Assembly (NCBI GenBank): GCA_964016885.1
Contig: OZ024749.1
Location: forward strand, 48,360,001 to 48,424,000
DNA from: Eledone cirrhosa
Lineage: Eukaryota
DNA: 64,000 nucleotides
Reading direction: 5' to 3'
The translations under genes and the position numbers were made by a program. The notes under the pieces were generated by a model, which saw only the letters and a program-made list of their open reading frames with translations, was not told where the DNA came from and did no database searches. The first letter of the stretch is position 1. Each line of letters opens with the position of its first letter. Positions 27,501-44,790 of this stretch are shown here, in pieces.

Positions 27501-27788
27501 GAATACAAGCAGACCATGAAATTATTTCAATAGAATTGTATCATAGAACATGTCACACAAGTGCAACCAATATAGTTGACGTGACAGAATGTACAACTAA
27601 GAAAAAAATCACGAAGGGAATATAAGTGTCATGCAAATGATCTACATACTTTTCTAGCAAACTACAGTTTACAATCTGAATTTATGCATGCCCCCGCTCC
27701 CTTGTGTGACAAAGACTATATGCTGTAAACAACTGTTTTAACATTATATACTACACACACAGATATATATATACCCCCCCCCCACCAC

Positions 27789-27815
<27 letters not shown>

Positions 27816-27819
<4 letters not shown>

Positions 27820-28440
27820 TATTAAAATAACAGATTAAAGTTTAAGCAAAAAATAGCTGCTTTCACCCTTAACGGGATCTACTGAAACTAAAAATATCAA
27901 TCTGTGAACGCAGAAGTAAATATTTCGAAAAACGTTGCAACCGAAGGAAGACGGGCAGACGATACTTTGGTTCGTGGAAACGTTCCCTGGCAAAGAACGG
28001 AACAAAATGAAGATAATACGTCATAATTAGGACCGGTGAAAGCAATTACACGCAAAGACAAAACCACGTTTATGGTATAAATGAAGTCGCAGGCAAAAAA
28101 TTCTACTAGGTGTATCGTGGAGGCGCTCCTAATTATAACGTATCCTCTTCGCTTGTTTTCGTCCTTTGCCAGGGAACGTTTCCACGAACCAAAGTACATC
28201 CTCCTGTCTTCCTTCGGTTGCAACGTTTTTCGAAATATTTACATTTGCGTGCACAGATTGATATTTTTGGTTTCAGAAGATCCCCTAAAGGGGGGGGGGT
28301 GAAAGCAGCGATTATTTGCTTAAACTTTAATCTGTTAGTTTAATAAATATTTGCTCTACGGTTCTTATATATTTGAAATATATTTATCTTTATCGAGCCC
28401 TCTTTGGATTTTAGTCTTCTAATTTATTATTATTACTATG
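27816..28440 (+). mobile_element. Fold-back element family 4, copy 1
   Basis: Inverted arms ~27816-28035/~28125-28349 plus a tail to ~28440. Homologous to 59205-60180 and 62311-62534. Microsatellites on both sides. Confidence 0.8.
28270..28325 (+). ncRNA. Hammerhead-like motif with CAGAAGA core
   Basis: GTTT-CAGAAGA-T-CCCC..GGGG-T-GAAA-GCA-loop-TGC-T-T|AAAC; all three stems form. Confidence 0.5.
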
Positions 28441-28476
28441 TCTCTCTCTCTCTCTCTCGTTCTCTCTCTCTCTCTC

Positions 28477-28575
<99 letters not shown>

Positions 28576-28832
28576 CTAAAGGGAGGGAATGAGAAGAAAC
28601 TGATAGAAAGTCAGTGATAAAGATTGATAAATAGATGGATAGATACATAACGATAGTATATACGAGCATGAGAAATTATATGCATAATATATAGGTTTGC
28701 ATCTCAGTGTATTTTGTACTCAGATATGTTCTTGTCCTGACGTCAAAATCTATTTCGATGCGACTTCACTAACCATGATTTAAAATACTTCAACTATGCC
28801 AGCGTCACTTATTATATATTCTACAACTACAA

Positions 28833-28863
<31 letters not shown>

Positions 28864-29959
28864 AACGTGCGCACATACGCGAACACACAGTTACACACAC
28901 TTACTTGGATATATGCATGTATATATATATGGATCGCATTTATATATATGTGTGTGTGTATGCGTCTTTGCGTGTGCGTATATGGATGTGTAAGTTTTTG
29001 CGTTTGTGTGTTTTTGCGCATGTGTGTATCTCTCATTCATTTCTTCCCAATACAAGGCATTAGCCATATATAATTCTACCTTTCCACAACTTTCACTTCT
29101 CTACATGTTCTTCTATTTCTTCTTCTCTTCTCTAATTCTTTCCTCCTTATGACTATTTGCTTCCTCTTTCTCTCTTTCTCCTCGACATTTCTCAAACATG
29201 ACTCTACTATTTATATGCATTTATATGGGTACTTTTCATTTATACATATTTAGAGGTGTATTTTTATCTGCAAGTATTTTCCGTATTTTATCTATTTATC
29301 TATATTTTTTTTGTAAGTGGATGCAAGTATGTTTGTATGCACATTTAAATTGGACGTGCTTGCTTATACATTCGAGCAAGTAGACGCAAGGAAAGTACTT
29401 ATGTGAATGAACGTTTGTGTATTGCTGTGTGTATGTGGGTGCTGTTGTATGTGCGTGTGTTTGTGTCTGTAATTATGTATGCGCACTTGAATGTGCATAT
29501 ATACGTGTGTGAATGCACGTATGTGACTGTGTTCCTACATGGAGGTACGAAGTGAATAAATCGAGTGATATAAATGCATCTCACTTTTTTTTAATCCAGC
29601 TTGTAATATGATTTAGCAAAGAAAGCTTAAATTAAACTTAACATTTACAATAATTACGTTAAAAGGATTATGTTGGCTATTTATTTTAGTGAATGCACAT
29701 GTTACAAGATATTGCAAACATAGTATGGTGTCTTTTGGGAATATGCAAAACTACTTTATCTAATACGCATTTCCAGTGTTCATGATATTAGGTCGTAATT
29801 TGTTGCAGATTTGACTGCTCAATTACATATTCCAACGTTATGGTATGTGGTTCTTCGATGGCTTGCTAGTTAGTATTGTATGTTTACAACGAGGTGGTTC
29901 TAGGCTCTATATAAATGAGTAGCTCCTTCTATATTTTCACTGGTTGATTACTACAATAT

Positions 29960-30320
29960 GGATGTAATTTGGCAGACAGGCAAACGAGAGGTGAATCGAA
30001 ATAGAGCATCGGACCTGAACACTGTCTGACAGAGTTAGTTCCCTTGAGGTCAAAGTAACGGTGCTTAAGATATATGTATATACAATAAACAAAATACAAA
30101 ACATTACTATTGGGGAAATGCTTGCATTTAATCCAGCCTCCTGCATTGCCTAACTCGTGAACAGGACCCTGAGTTACTTGAACTTCTTCACTTGCTTCAG
30201 CGGAACTCCATTAACATGCAGAGTGCACCGCGAAGGAGCACTGTGCATCAAATTTATCCAGAGCAAGTCGGAGATCCTCTTCTCTCGAATTAAGTAGTAC
30301 CATGTCTGCAATCTCCAGCC
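29960..30320 (-). mobile_element. Degraded RTE-like RT fragment
   Basis: Minus strand CTLHVNGVPLKQVKKFK*LRVLFTS matches the QV..FKYLG thumb region. Confidence 0.6.
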
Positions 30321-30810
30321 TACGGATTTTACAAAAATCAGTCGAGTTCTTTTTTATTTCAAATCTCAATTTATTTGTTTATTATCGTCACCATTTTCTC
30401 ACTTTAATGTGATTTGTCGTAACAACTATTGTTTCTAAAATATTGAACAAACATTAACGGTGGCCTTGCAACAGTGTAGACTTGACAAATATTTCCAAAG
30501 GTGAACGTGTATATTATGTTATCGTTTAATTTTATTTCAAATGAAAGTTAGAATTAACAAACCCAATATAACACTCTGTGTCATGACCCATTGGAAGACC
30601 CTGCCATACTTACTGCAAGAAACTATCAAGTTACATTGTTAGATTGGGAAGCATGGAATCTGACGATTATTTTATCTTATTTAATCACGCAATCACTGAA
30701 CATATATTTATATATAAATGTTGTATTCGTCTCCCATTAAATTCCCTCTGTAATGTGTGTGTACCTTCCCTTTAACATCTAATCTTGCATTCCCGCTTTC
30801 CCACACTACT

Positions 30811-30852
<42 letters not shown>

Positions 30853-33800
30853 TTCTGATTCTATTTACGTTTCAGTTCTACTAAGAAATAAAATGGGAAT
30901 ACTAAACAGTGCCAATTGCTAAGAGCATAGTCAATTACTAGTGAATGGAACAACACTCAGCAATTTATAGATTATAAACCCAGCGTTTGTCTGGACAAAT
31001 TGTACAACGTTTTAATGATAGAGTGTCGAAAATTCGGCTGCTGACCATCTGCATATAAGCAGTAAATCTCACAGCAGAATAATGCTCCCACACTTGAGAC
31101 AGTGTACTGGTTTTGCTGCTAGACATACAAAACATTCTAGAATAAGAATCCACTCGACTGCCACATCTACTGTTTGTCAAACACACACCAATAAACCAAA
31201 ACCTATATCATTACTAAAATACTGGTAGCAACCCCCATCGGCACAATATCATTGCTTTAACGATTATGCGAGCCAATGCTCTCTTAATAAAAGGGACACT
31301 TTTTTTATTAGCTTGAGAAAACCACAGACACACACACACATACATTCACATATATAAGCACAGACACACAGCCACACGTACATACACACACTCACACACG
31401 CACATAATTATATATACATATATATATAGCTTAGAGTGCAAACACAACAGTTAATAATTGTATAAATACTGAAGACATACCAGATTAAATAAATGAACTG
31501 AATAAATATGTAACTTCTCTAAACAGAATTAGAAAATCTAATATTTGTGATTTTGGACTTCATTCAATAATATCCTGTATAAGCAATTCTCCCTTCGATT
31601 AACGGAACAACAATTTAGTAACTCAGCAAGCAATTATGTTATTAATAACCAGCTGAGAGTTTCATTAACAAGGGCGAGTGGAATGTCAGTGTTGATAGAG
31701 TGGAGATGAAAATTACTTGCGGTATTTAGATAAGCCAATATATGTCCTGGTAATATCTTGAGAAACTATAAATCTGTGTTTTAGAGTTCTGCTTCATATC
31801 CACGGATCTTTATGTTCGATCTAATGCCCATAAAATATTGTGTATATGTATTATACGTGTGCTTCAAATAGATCAAACCATAGCAGTTGAAATCTCTCAA
31901 TAAAAATCTATGTAAAGACTAGTCCGATGAAGCGTTCCTCATGTGTCACCTTCAGGTTTATCACCAGAATTTCAGTATGGAATATTCAATCCGATTGCCC
32001 GCAAACTTGAGTACGGGTTTTTTTATTACAATCTCCTGGCCAACGAATCATTGAGCCTAGAAGTTCGTGGTGTGCGACATTATTTGTATAAAGAAATTCA
32101 TATTTGTTCACCTAGGGTTTACAATACAGCATCTAGCATATCGGGGAGACATATTTAGCGAATCTCCGTATCTGAAATATTCCGGGATAGATCTCCAGTC
32201 TGAGAATAATCGTGTATACCTCGTCACAATTTCACGGATCAAATAAATCTAGTTAACCCTCCACCTAAATATTGTTGCATTGCTATCGACAATCAAACTA
32301 TTAAAAATCTTGAGGATTCGATATATTAGAATGGGAAATAATATGCATTGTCTTAATTACTTACATACATCATTGTTTCCGTAAGTTTTATGCAAAAGTT
32401 CCTTTTGGAGATCTAGAACAGTGTTTTTACAGTTCATTAGTCATGCCTTATTATGCGATTTGATGTTTTGTATCTGACATAGCATTAATATTTCATCTCT
32501 GTTCAGTACTGATTGTGAGTAAGGAGAGTTCTCTGTTTATTTTGTTGAGTGTTGAATAACTACTACGTAATTTTGAGTGTTCAGTGTAATAGTTTGCTCA
32601 AAATGAATACGTGCGAATTTGGTTATGCTAGTTCCCCTATCCTCTATTATTCGTGACTATTCTGTAGAATGTGTTTGAATTTTACGTTCTGAGCGAGATA
32701 CGATATATTTTCGGATGGCAATAAATGCAAGTGAATGTGTTGTCTTATTTTATTGGGTGTTTATTCTGTAGAATTTGTATTGTATGAGATTTATTTTATT
32801 ATGTACAGAATATCTGTAGTGTATGTTGTGTATGCCTTGAATAGGATGATGATTACGCTTGGCAAAGCTATGATTTGGACTGTGTGTGTGCTTGTGGGTT
32901 CTGGAATAGCTTCAAATATTATTATGTTTATGATACACTAAAGCTGACACTGCCTTTTATACGTCACTGATCTAGAAAAAATGTGCAAATAAAATAGTAA
33001 GGTTTAAATTTATTTTATCATATATAATTTATCTTGATATTTTCGTATATAATTTATCATGATATTTTCCGAGCTGATGATTATTTCATCTTATATTCAC
33101 TAGATATTTCTCCGCAAATATTATACACAATATCCCAGGAGAATTTATTTTATGACACATTTAATATACTTCGCTTATCAGAACAAAATAATCCTAGTTC
33201 ACAGATCAAATATTCTGTATATTTTGTATTTGCTAAAGGAATAATGAGAAACCAAAATATGAAAAGCGTCAAACTAAAAGAAAAATTACGCATATAACAT
33301 CACCTTATGAATCGTCGTATCGCAATGAAAAGCTTTGATTTTTCATATTTTGTGTCGATAATAAATCAGAATCGTGGAAATATTTTCTTTGTAGGCAAGA
33401 GGGGAAACCTAGATAGATGGAGTAGGTTAATTTGAAAGAGATCAAACGGAAATTAAACATTCATCGCATACACATATAAAACCACTGCATTAGGTATTAT
33501 TCATAGTCACAAAATACAAATGCTTCCTGTGCATGTCGTGAACTCGAACAAAAGAAAGAAAAAAATACGATAGAGTATTAAAGAAAAATATACATTTTTC
33601 TGATGAAATGGCAGCAATGATTCGAATCTATTTATCTCACAGACCTGCTGGACAGTCGTATAATATCCAGTGAAGCACACACTAATAAAGGCATGCAAAC
33701 AAACACGTGCACATACACACACACACATAGATTGTGTCGGTGTGGCGGTGTGTATGATTGTACGAAAGGATTATGTATGCATTGTTTGTATTATTATGTA

Positions 33801-34132
33801 TCTGCGGGTGTATAGAGAGAGAGCGAAAGAGATATTGAGAAGGAGACTAAAGGAGAGAGATCAATTCTCGTAACTAGTGGTGCTATAATTCCTCAATATC
33901 CGAATGATGAAAAGTAACGTTCTTTGCAGCCTTATTTGAAATCAGAACGTAAAGAGTAATCAGATGCCGCAAATCATTTGTATCATTCTCCACATATTCA
34001 ATCAAGCCTCAAGTTGTAAGGGAGATAATACCACACTTTCCTCAATGCTGGTCGTTGCTTTATTGCTTCTATTATTTTTAGGCCAACAAGCCAGGGATGC
34101 TTCATTTGCTATATATAATAGTTTCTGATTGA

Positions 34133-34270
34133 AGCACAAGGCCAGCAATCAAGAGAGAGAAGTCAATTTATTAAATCCACTCACTTGCGTGATCGGTTCT
34201 TTATTGTATCGACCCCGTAAGGATGAAAACAAAGATAACATCGACGGGATTTTGAACTCACAACGTAACG
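34133..34270 (-). mobile_element. SINE copy
   Basis: ATCGACCCCGTAAGGATGAAA...CGGGATTTTGAACTCA is the reverse complement of the core and B box. Confidence 0.8.
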
Positions 34271-35599
34271 GATCATAATCTTCTTTCGCAAAGCAGTCCA
34301 CCGTCTGTTGCTTGCTATAAATAACGACAGATCGTCTAAACTAAGATCCTCAATGTTGTAATATAGACATCTATAAAGGAGGCTATGTATGCACAATCAC
34401 AGCTGAATAGCGTCTTAACATTATCATCCTTCTCAGATATTTATCCACAGTATCCTCACTATCATAAGCATCATCGTGATCATAATCTGAAAAAGGTATT
34501 AGTGAATAACACTTCAAGGTAAATTACTTGATAATTTCTGGAAATGTCACGTCGACCCCAGTCGCATTTGAACTATCAGAGTATACACATGTAACTAATT
34601 ACAGCGAAGTTATAACCAATTTAAATTATCATACCGTCAGTCTAATTTACTATGTTGCTTACACATCCTTCAGCCACGTTTTGCACTAAATATTTTCGTT
34701 GCAGCCTGGCAATGTGTTCAGATAAATTCCTGTTTCTATGCCATTAATTCTATCTTGAACAAGTATATAAATAATGTTATCGATTTAATTATAGGTACTT
34801 TCTTTAAATTGTACTATGTATTACATAAACGTAAATATCTTACACAATCTAAATTTCTATAGTTCATATTAGAGTAGCGTCACTATTTAGGTAAGATTGG
34901 AATATTTGAAAACATGATTAAGCTCGCTATATAATCCTGGCACTCACCGATCTCTTTAAATACATTTCAACTCAACGTCTGATTATGTAAATCTAGCATT
35001 TTCTAGCAATGATAAAGAAACAACACCAAACCTCCTATATAAAGCAGCATATTAGCGCATATGGACCAATTCATGATGCATTCATTTAGTTGAATATATT
35101 TCACATATTTTAGTTATACAGTTAATGAATCTGTAATTAGTAGTTGACCACAACTCAGTGTATGAACACAATAGTTACAATGTCGATGTGTATCAAATCA
35201 TATATTTTACTCACTGTTGCGCTCACACCGACACGTATTTCAAAGATGTACAGTAGTTGTATAACATCTGCCCTACGTGTTCTCTACAGGCAAATATGCA
35301 CACGAGATGTAAATATCCATCGATATGTTACCAGTCATACGAGTTATTCCCTTCGCCGACCAGTAAGTGCATATATACACATATCTGACTTTCTGCCTGT
35401 CTGTCTATTTCTCACATTCTCTCAAAAAGTTTGTGAGTGTGAGAGAGCGTATGAGAGTGTGTGTTGTAAAATGTTTACACATTTTAAATAGCGAATTTCT
35501 ATATCTCTCCCTCGTTGTCTTATATATTTCTATAATGTTTCATCGCAGAGTGACTCATATATTCCGCCCGTCATCTTTCTAAACTTACCACTTGCAGCT

Positions 35600-36020
35600 T
35601 TGTCAAAGATGCTCGTGTAGTTATAGACTCTACCATCCTTCTCCTGTCGTGTTCTTCCCTTTCTGTATATGTATTCTCAGAAGGCCACTTATACCCTTCT
35701 TATCCCTGAACAATTTTCTAACCAAGCGCAATCGTATTAACTTCGCTAGAATTTCTTTCTCTCCTTTCCAGGTCAACATGACCAAGATTATTCTACTTTC
35801 TGGGTTTTCCCTTCTTCAAATATGTAAATATCATTTTTACAAGCGAAAGTATCCATTTGTTTGTTCAGATTTATCTTTTTTGCAGAAGACTTCTCTTTGT
35901 TACAGATAATGTTGGTGCGTACCTCGTCTTCTTCATACTAATGCTGCATTTAGCGGAAGCTCTGTCTTCTGATATAACTATTCCCTAGATTTGTCATTTC
36001 GGTAGTAATGGGAACCATAC
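35600..36020 (-). mobile_element. Possible heavily degraded LINE RT C-terminus
   Basis: Minus-strand remnants LGIVISED and LRLVRKLFR...GKNTTG loosely resemble the YLG and LRWFGHV..GRP regions. Confidence 0.3.
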
Positions 36021-36287
36021 TAGCTACTGATGCAGGTGTAGTACCCGTTCAACTGTTACATATCTAAATCAAGTATCACGTAACATATAGCAACGTGCGT
36101 ACATAACATCGTGTCGGAGGCTGAAGACGTGTGCATTGCTGTCCTTTTGTTCTAGTCTCTAATGTGTTATTATACCCATGGCACATATTTAGCTATCTTC
36201 CCTTGGTTGAAAACACTCGGATTATCTGCTTTTCTTACCCTCTCTTTTTCGCTCTGTCTGTGTCTCTATCTATATCTATCTCTCTGT

Positions 36288-36964
<677 letters not shown>

Positions 36965-37389
36965 GTATATCCATTTATTCCCGACACTCGTATATGAATG
37001 TGTGTTTATATGTACGGATATATATATGTATATATATGAGGATGGCAATGTGTATTTCTATACGTATGTAACCTTAGTTGTGTTACTATAGTTCTCCGTT
37101 TTTAGCATCGTAAACAGAACAGAGACGCATTGCCAGTATGATTAATGTGTTTAGCCTCCTTTATCACGTCACTCCTCAATAAATCATGGAAGTTGAAATA
37201 GAATTATGACTAAATTCCTCTTTTAGCAAGAAATGAAAGCTCTCCGAAAGAGATTAAAAATCAATATCTCTTGCGTTATCTTCAATCGATCGATTGATAC
37301 TGAATAAGGCAAGCAGTCGTGGCAAAATAAATAAAAAATAAAATGATAATAAAAAAAGAATTAATGATTTCTAAAGAGTAGAAATTTTG

Positions 37390-37745
37390 AAATGTAGTTG
37401 TTCGAATGTTGAAGTCTCATTTCGGTTTTTCTGCATGGCTAGACATTTAGCTGTTCAACAGAGGCGATGTTGGCTTTAGAGCTATGGACTTCTTTCCTCT
37501 CACACTTCTCTCTTTTACTTTATTGTTTCAACCACAAATAAATATATGCTGCAATTTCAAATAATCGACAACAAGCAGCTACCATCGTAACTCTGTTGCC
37601 ATCCTTCAAAGTGTCCATTCCTTTGAATAACTGTCCGTGGATTCCTTTTATCGTTTCATCAAAGTCTTTGTCATTGTTTATTTTTATTTGTAATATCGTT
37701 ATCGGATATAGGACGGAGTTCTTTCTGAAGGCTAATAACACACGC
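37390..37745 (-). mobile_element. Degraded R4/Dong-like fragment (linker/zinc-knuckle region)
   Basis: KGIHGQLFK resembles the K.LHGQF motif, followed by a decayed C..C...ET-like segment. Confidence 0.4.
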
Positions 37746-39923
37746 CCTCATCTCTCTTATTGATTTTTGTGAGATGATTTATAAATGCATTATATAAATG
37801 TATTAATATTAGTGCGGATATGCAATGACAAAATAACATCGAAATGAAACTTTCAATTCTTTTCCTAATCAATAGATTTCCTTATTTCCTTAATTCTTCT
37901 GTGAGAGTTCGTCGTTTTATATGACAAATTATGCAAAAGGTTTCAAGGAAACTAGGGGGACAATTGGAAATGCATTAAAATCTTTTGGAACATTTTTTTT
38001 CTTTGGCTAGAATGACTTCCCCTATAATTCGAATATATCAATAACTTAAATTCGATATGCGCATATTCTGTGCATGTTACGCTTGAAACGTTTTCCCGCA
38101 TGAATCATTAATCTAAAACTCTTTCAAATGCAGTAAAAGATCCCTCCGTTTTATTTGGATTCGGCAGAAGCAGGCTCTATTTAACAAATTTACTCGGTAG
38201 TGAAATGCTAAGTTTCGCAAACTTTCCAAAAGCAATGTTAGACTAATAGAAACCCACTACGTTCGAACGGAATTATAATTTTCTTTTAGGTTCTGCAGAT
38301 ATGAATCTCAGTTTTCTTAATGTTCTAGATCCCTCGACAATACGCAGAAAATATGATGAATATTAGCCAACGGCTAAGCTTAGAGAAATGCTATGAGTCA
38401 CGCCTTTCAATACGTATAAATGTGATAACTTCAATCTCTATTTATATTTCGTTTAATCGTTCATAATCCTGAATCTATTCACGGTTAGCTTGTATCACAC
38501 ATTTACATAAAATGTACACCTAATATAATTCTCATCTAAATACTTTAAATTATATATAGTGCTGAATGCTGGAACACTTTAAGCAAACATATATTGTTGA
38601 TTTGCGTTTCTCTGTAAACCTCCACTCAAATTAAAGTATACGACTAACATTAAAAAAAGTATGCATGCTTTATACCTGACATGCGGCTGATCTGTTTGAT
38701 GTAATGTGTTACCCAATTTCGTAGCTCTACCAGGAACATTTACCGACGTTTTACCATTACAGAGTCATTCACTCTTTCATGAATAACTATAAATATCTCA
38801 CCCCGTCTTACCAATCATAGGCGCTACATTTCGTCTCGTTGTATCACTAGGTGATTGTGAAAAAAGGGAGTCTCAAACATTCTCTGTATTTAAATATCAT
38901 ATTCTGCTTTCATACATAGTTGAAGAACAAAAAGACAAAAACAATATAAAAATGGAAAACAAAATAAAAAGGGAAACTAACATATTTATGGGAATCACGT
39001 GTCTGGTATATGAATAAATAAAATATTTCTGTTGGTTCAAGAAAAGAACATATGTATATAAGTTCTACATGAAATCAATTTCCATTGACACACAAAATAT
39101 ATTTTTTCACATTTAATGGATATTTAAAAAGATTTCTAGCCTATAACATTGCGTTTAACTCACTGTATGTATTTACGTTTCATCGTTACCATATGTTCTT
39201 TCTCTTACATTTCAGAACAGAAGAATTTATAGGATAAAGTGATTATTTTGCATCTACACCCGTGCTATCACAACCTTTTCATGTGTTCTTATCGTACACA
39301 GACATTTATTTAATTCCGGTCTTTTAGTTCAACTCATGCAAAAATATTTATGGTACTTCATATCATTCTTCACTTTCAATGGTAAATATATTCTGGCCCC
39401 AATCCACAATCGTTATGTATTTTAGGTGTTTTTATTTATCGCTTCTATCTATTCTTTTTTCTGATATGTTCCTACCATTTTTCACTTCAGTTTTCTTTTT
39501 TTCCTCTTTTATTCTTCTGTGTTTCTCGACATCAAGTCCGACGGCACATTTTCACAGTTAGCGAGAAATGAACAAAGCTTACGCACATCTCTCGATTAGA
39601 GAATATTGTGGTAATTTGTTTTAGCGGAACGGAATATTAAATGTCGAATATTAAACATTTCAGAAAGCCAAATATAGTAGTTACGCCCCATCAGTCTCTC
39701 TCTCTGTCCGTCTCTCTCTCTTTCTCTTTCACCCGCCTCTCTCTATATTGCTCTCTTGCTCATTCTGACTTTGAATTACACAACATCCCAAACTTTCCAC
39801 TCGTACATACGTACACAGGAAGACATCCACATCCATACACACAGAGGCATATACACACATACAGACATTCAGCGAGACACACACACACATATATTTATAT
39901 AAACATGTTTATTTTTCAATTAC

Positions 39924-40426
<503 letters not shown>

Positions 40427-40662
40427 GCAAGCCTACTTTCATAAACACACATATATTTATGTACACATATAGGTGAATAAGTACGTAAATACATATGAAC
40501 ATACAAGCTCACATACATACATATAATTGTTTGATTATGTGTGTTCTGATGTCCATACAACCTGTCAAACTTATTTAGTCAACAGCTACAACTTAAAACA
40601 AAGGATGTGAGGCACAATCATATACTTATCTCGACACACCACCATAGATTAAACATGGTTAT

Positions 40663-40736
40663 CACTACTGCTAATACTGCTGTTGCTGCTGTTGTTACTA
40701 CCACTGCTACTCTTACTACTACTACTACTACCACTG

Positions 40737-40794
<58 letters not shown>

Positions 40795-40797
40795 CAG

Positions 40798-40863
<66 letters not shown>

Positions 40864-40892
40864 CACTGCTACTATTACTACTACTACTGCTG

Positions 40893-40968
<76 letters not shown>
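40663..40968. repeat. (ACT)n microsatellite
   Basis: Directly visible. Confidence 0.97.
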
Positions 40969-40970
<2 letters not shown>

Positions 40971-42626
40971 CCCGCACCAACACCAGCAGCAATATTGCCA
41001 CCACCGCTAAAACTGTCACCACTATTATCCACTGTTGCATTCATATTTCACACTTTTATATAACATATGATTTAGTTGCTATTTTTAGCTTCTAAAACGA
41101 GTAGATAGACATTTATTTGAGATGTTTAGTGTTGATTCAGCTTTTACATGTCTTCTTACTTCTTACATGAAAATGTGTAATGCTCTCCAAAGCTTGTAAT
41201 GGATATTCTCAAAAGATGATTTCCAAGAATTTTCCTGTTTGACAGGATATGTTTAACAGGACATGTAATGGAGAAAATGAGAAGTTTCAAATAAACTGCG
41301 CATAGAAAAAACATTTATGGAAACAATCATAGTAAACCAGATATGGAAACTAGATTTCACTTCGTCTCCCATTTTCAACCGAAGGTCTGAGCGAATCCGA
41401 TTGTGCGTTCAATAATCATTTCTTCCTTCTTCTACATCATAATAATTTTAGAATATATATAGTAGAGTCTAAAGAACAGACACACATCCAAAATTGATTC
41501 TCTAATTTCATCTACAAACTATTACAACACAGATATAATTTCTAATTTAACCAGTAATGCTTGAACTTTCCTCGAACGAAGTTAAATTATTTTTCCTAAA
41601 ACCAAATGCAAAATTGTGTTCTCTCTTTTTATAGCACCCCCACTTGCTATATACACCTACGCGATGAATTAAATTTACATTTCCTCATATATACAGGAGC
41701 ATCCAAACCCACACAATACTCGTAAACTCCACATGAATTCAAAACACCTAATTTAGTATAAGCATTCATGAAACATATCAACATATTCAAATACATTCAC
41801 ATGTACATGTAGCACCCATTAACATGGAAAAAAGTTCTTCCGAATCTCCTACTATTCACCTGATATAGATATGGGTATATAAATTATTCAAGACTTCGAC
41901 GGGAAAGTGCCAGTTTCAGCGACTGAGCTGACACTTCGAGGTCACTCCTCTTTTGCTACGTAGAACATAAATACACGCGAAAATTTCATACACACAAACC
42001 ATCATGCACCTACATATATGCGTTTAAATATATCAGAATGGACTCAGTTTGAAACTGGTTAACTCATTACTCAACAAAGTACAAGGATCTTTGTGTGGAA
42101 GTGTATGGTTAAAATATAAAGAGTCGGTATCACAGTAGCTTAATTTTTACAGTTTCAACTGCGAATTTCATATGTATGTATATACACATACAAACATGCA
42201 TACACAGATACATACATAAGTACATACAAAAATACATACATACATACATACATACATGCATACATACATACATTCATACATGCATGCATACATACATATA
42301 TGCATACATATATACATACGTACGTACGTACATGTTGTCGAATATCATTGTTTAAAATTGTTCATAGATTTTAGTATTCATATTTCGATTATATATTTTC
42401 TATGATCTAAGTAATATGCGTTATCGACTTTGGGTCACACACTAAGCTGATGCACGCTATAAATTATAATTCCACATTAAAGAAAGATGTTTCTCATTGT
42501 GTGGGTGTATGGTGTACATCAGCAAAATAGGAACTCATATATATGTAATAATCAATTTCATCAAAAGATACGTAAGATATACAAGTTATGAATTCAGTGA
42601 TTATCACTATGTATATATAAAAATCC

Positions 42627-43045
<419 letters not shown>

Positions 43046-43456
43046 TGTACGTGTATGTGTGTAAACACGATCCTCGTTTTATATAATCTATTTGCCGGGA
43101 AGGATGCGGTGAAAAAATCGAAGAAAAAGAGAATCAAATGTTCTTCTATTTTAGATATTTTATTTTTCATATTCCTTACCAATTCTTCATTAAAAGATAT
43201 TGTGTAACGTATTGATTTCTTACATATTCCACCTTCTGAGATATATTTCTCAGTAATGCTAATAGAATGATATTTTTTTTTTCTGACCATTTCAGAGTTC
43301 AGAAACGGAAAGTAAATATTCTATAGAACATTGGGTGTATGTAATCCAGAGGCATGTAGGAGTAATCTCGTTATGAAATAATATATTTTTTGTAAGTTAC
43401 ACAGTACCCAAATAACAGCTACAAATATAACTATCTATCTATCAATCAATCTATGT

Positions 43457-43457
43457 T

Positions 43458-43543
<86 letters not shown>

Positions 43544-43570
43544 TCTCTCTCCCTCTCTCTCTCTCTCTCC

Positions 43571-43622
<52 letters not shown>

Positions 43623-43643
43623 ATCTCTCTCTCTATCTATCTA

Positions 43644-43674
<31 letters not shown>
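43457..43674. repeat. (CT)n microsatellite
   Basis: Directly visible. Confidence 0.97.
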
Positions 43675-44108
43675 GTATATACACATATATATATATATAT
43701 ATATAAGATCAAAAGATGGTTAAATGAGTTCCATGTATTTTATTATGCGCATTTCAAAAACAAATATCATCATGCAATAACATTTGTGTTTTCATCAGAT
43801 AAAATAGGAAGACATGATTTGAAGGTTAAAAACACTTGTGGATAGTGCAGTTTTAAATCAACATATGAAAAGTAGTTTTAGATTGATGTGTGATATTGGG
43901 GAAACATTTTTTTGAGGAGGGGGGGGGGGGGTGAAAAAGAGGAGGAGAGATGGGTGGTAGAGAGAGAGAGATAGATTTAATAACTGAGAAAAATATATTG
44001 TTTTACATAGAGAGGTTAAAAAACCGTTGGAAGATAATGTATAAATTTAAAGAATTTGAAAATTAACGAAGAGAAAAATATTGTAAAGTTAAGGTTTGTA
44101 TATTGAAA

Positions 44109-44213
44109 GGTTTAATAATATGTGCGATGAAAAGAAATTGTTAATATGTATTAAGAATAATATTTAAGGGTTTAATAATATGTGCGATGGAAAGAAAATG
44201 TGGATATGTATTA
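44109..44213. repeat. ~45-bp direct repeat, 60-bp period
   Basis: GGTTTAATAATATGTGCGATG.AAAGAAA.TGT..ATATGTATTA occurs twice. Confidence 0.85.
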
Positions 44214-44593
44214 TTAAAAAAACAAAAGTAATGTAAGTAAGGATATATTGTGAGATGAGCATGAATAAGTTAGATGAAAGTGAGAAAAAAATAATGAATA
44301 GAGGATGAATAATATAACGTCAACAAAAATGTTTATGTTTACGAAGGATTTTTTCAAGGTGATATAAAATAAGAATATATTGTATTGTGTAATAATTGTT
44401 TCTATGTTAGGCACAGTGAGAAAAGGTACAGATTAGGGGTTAGAAATTAAAAGAAAAAGAAAAGAAAAGGAAATATATATATATAATACAGCAGGGTGTG
44501 TAACGCGGAGTTAAGTAGGTTCACCCAGGTAAGCACTCGATGCGCAGGTTCACGTGAGTATCGAGGTGTACAGCTAAACAGAGTGTAATATAA

Positions 44594-44738
44594 TAATTGT
44601 TTCCTATTTTGGCACAAGGCCAGCGATCACTGGTATTTATTTTATCGACCCCATAAGGATGAAAGGCAAAGTTAACCTCGACGGGATTTGAACTCAGAAC
44701 GTAATATGTCGTAACGATACTAGAAAGCATGGCATACG
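44594..44738 (-). mobile_element. SINE copy
   Basis: TATCGACCCCATAAGGATGAAAGGCAAAGTTAACCTCG.CGGGATTTGAACTCAG. Confidence 0.88.
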
Positions 44739-44790
44739 AATGGTTACTCCTTCATCACGTTTATTGTTTGGTAACGCGCATACTGCTGCA

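Noticed and set aside
27023-27625. 120-aa and 73-aa ORFs in less AT-rich sequence (similar patches near 8.1-9.4, 31.9-32.3, 49.8-50.0 and 52.2-52.7 kb)
   Set aside because: Probably old transposon debris, but no motif could be identified with confidence.
40607-41095. Poly-Thr mucin-like ORF
   Set aside because: Pure (ACT)n tract open in several frames, with no codon diversity or splice evidence.
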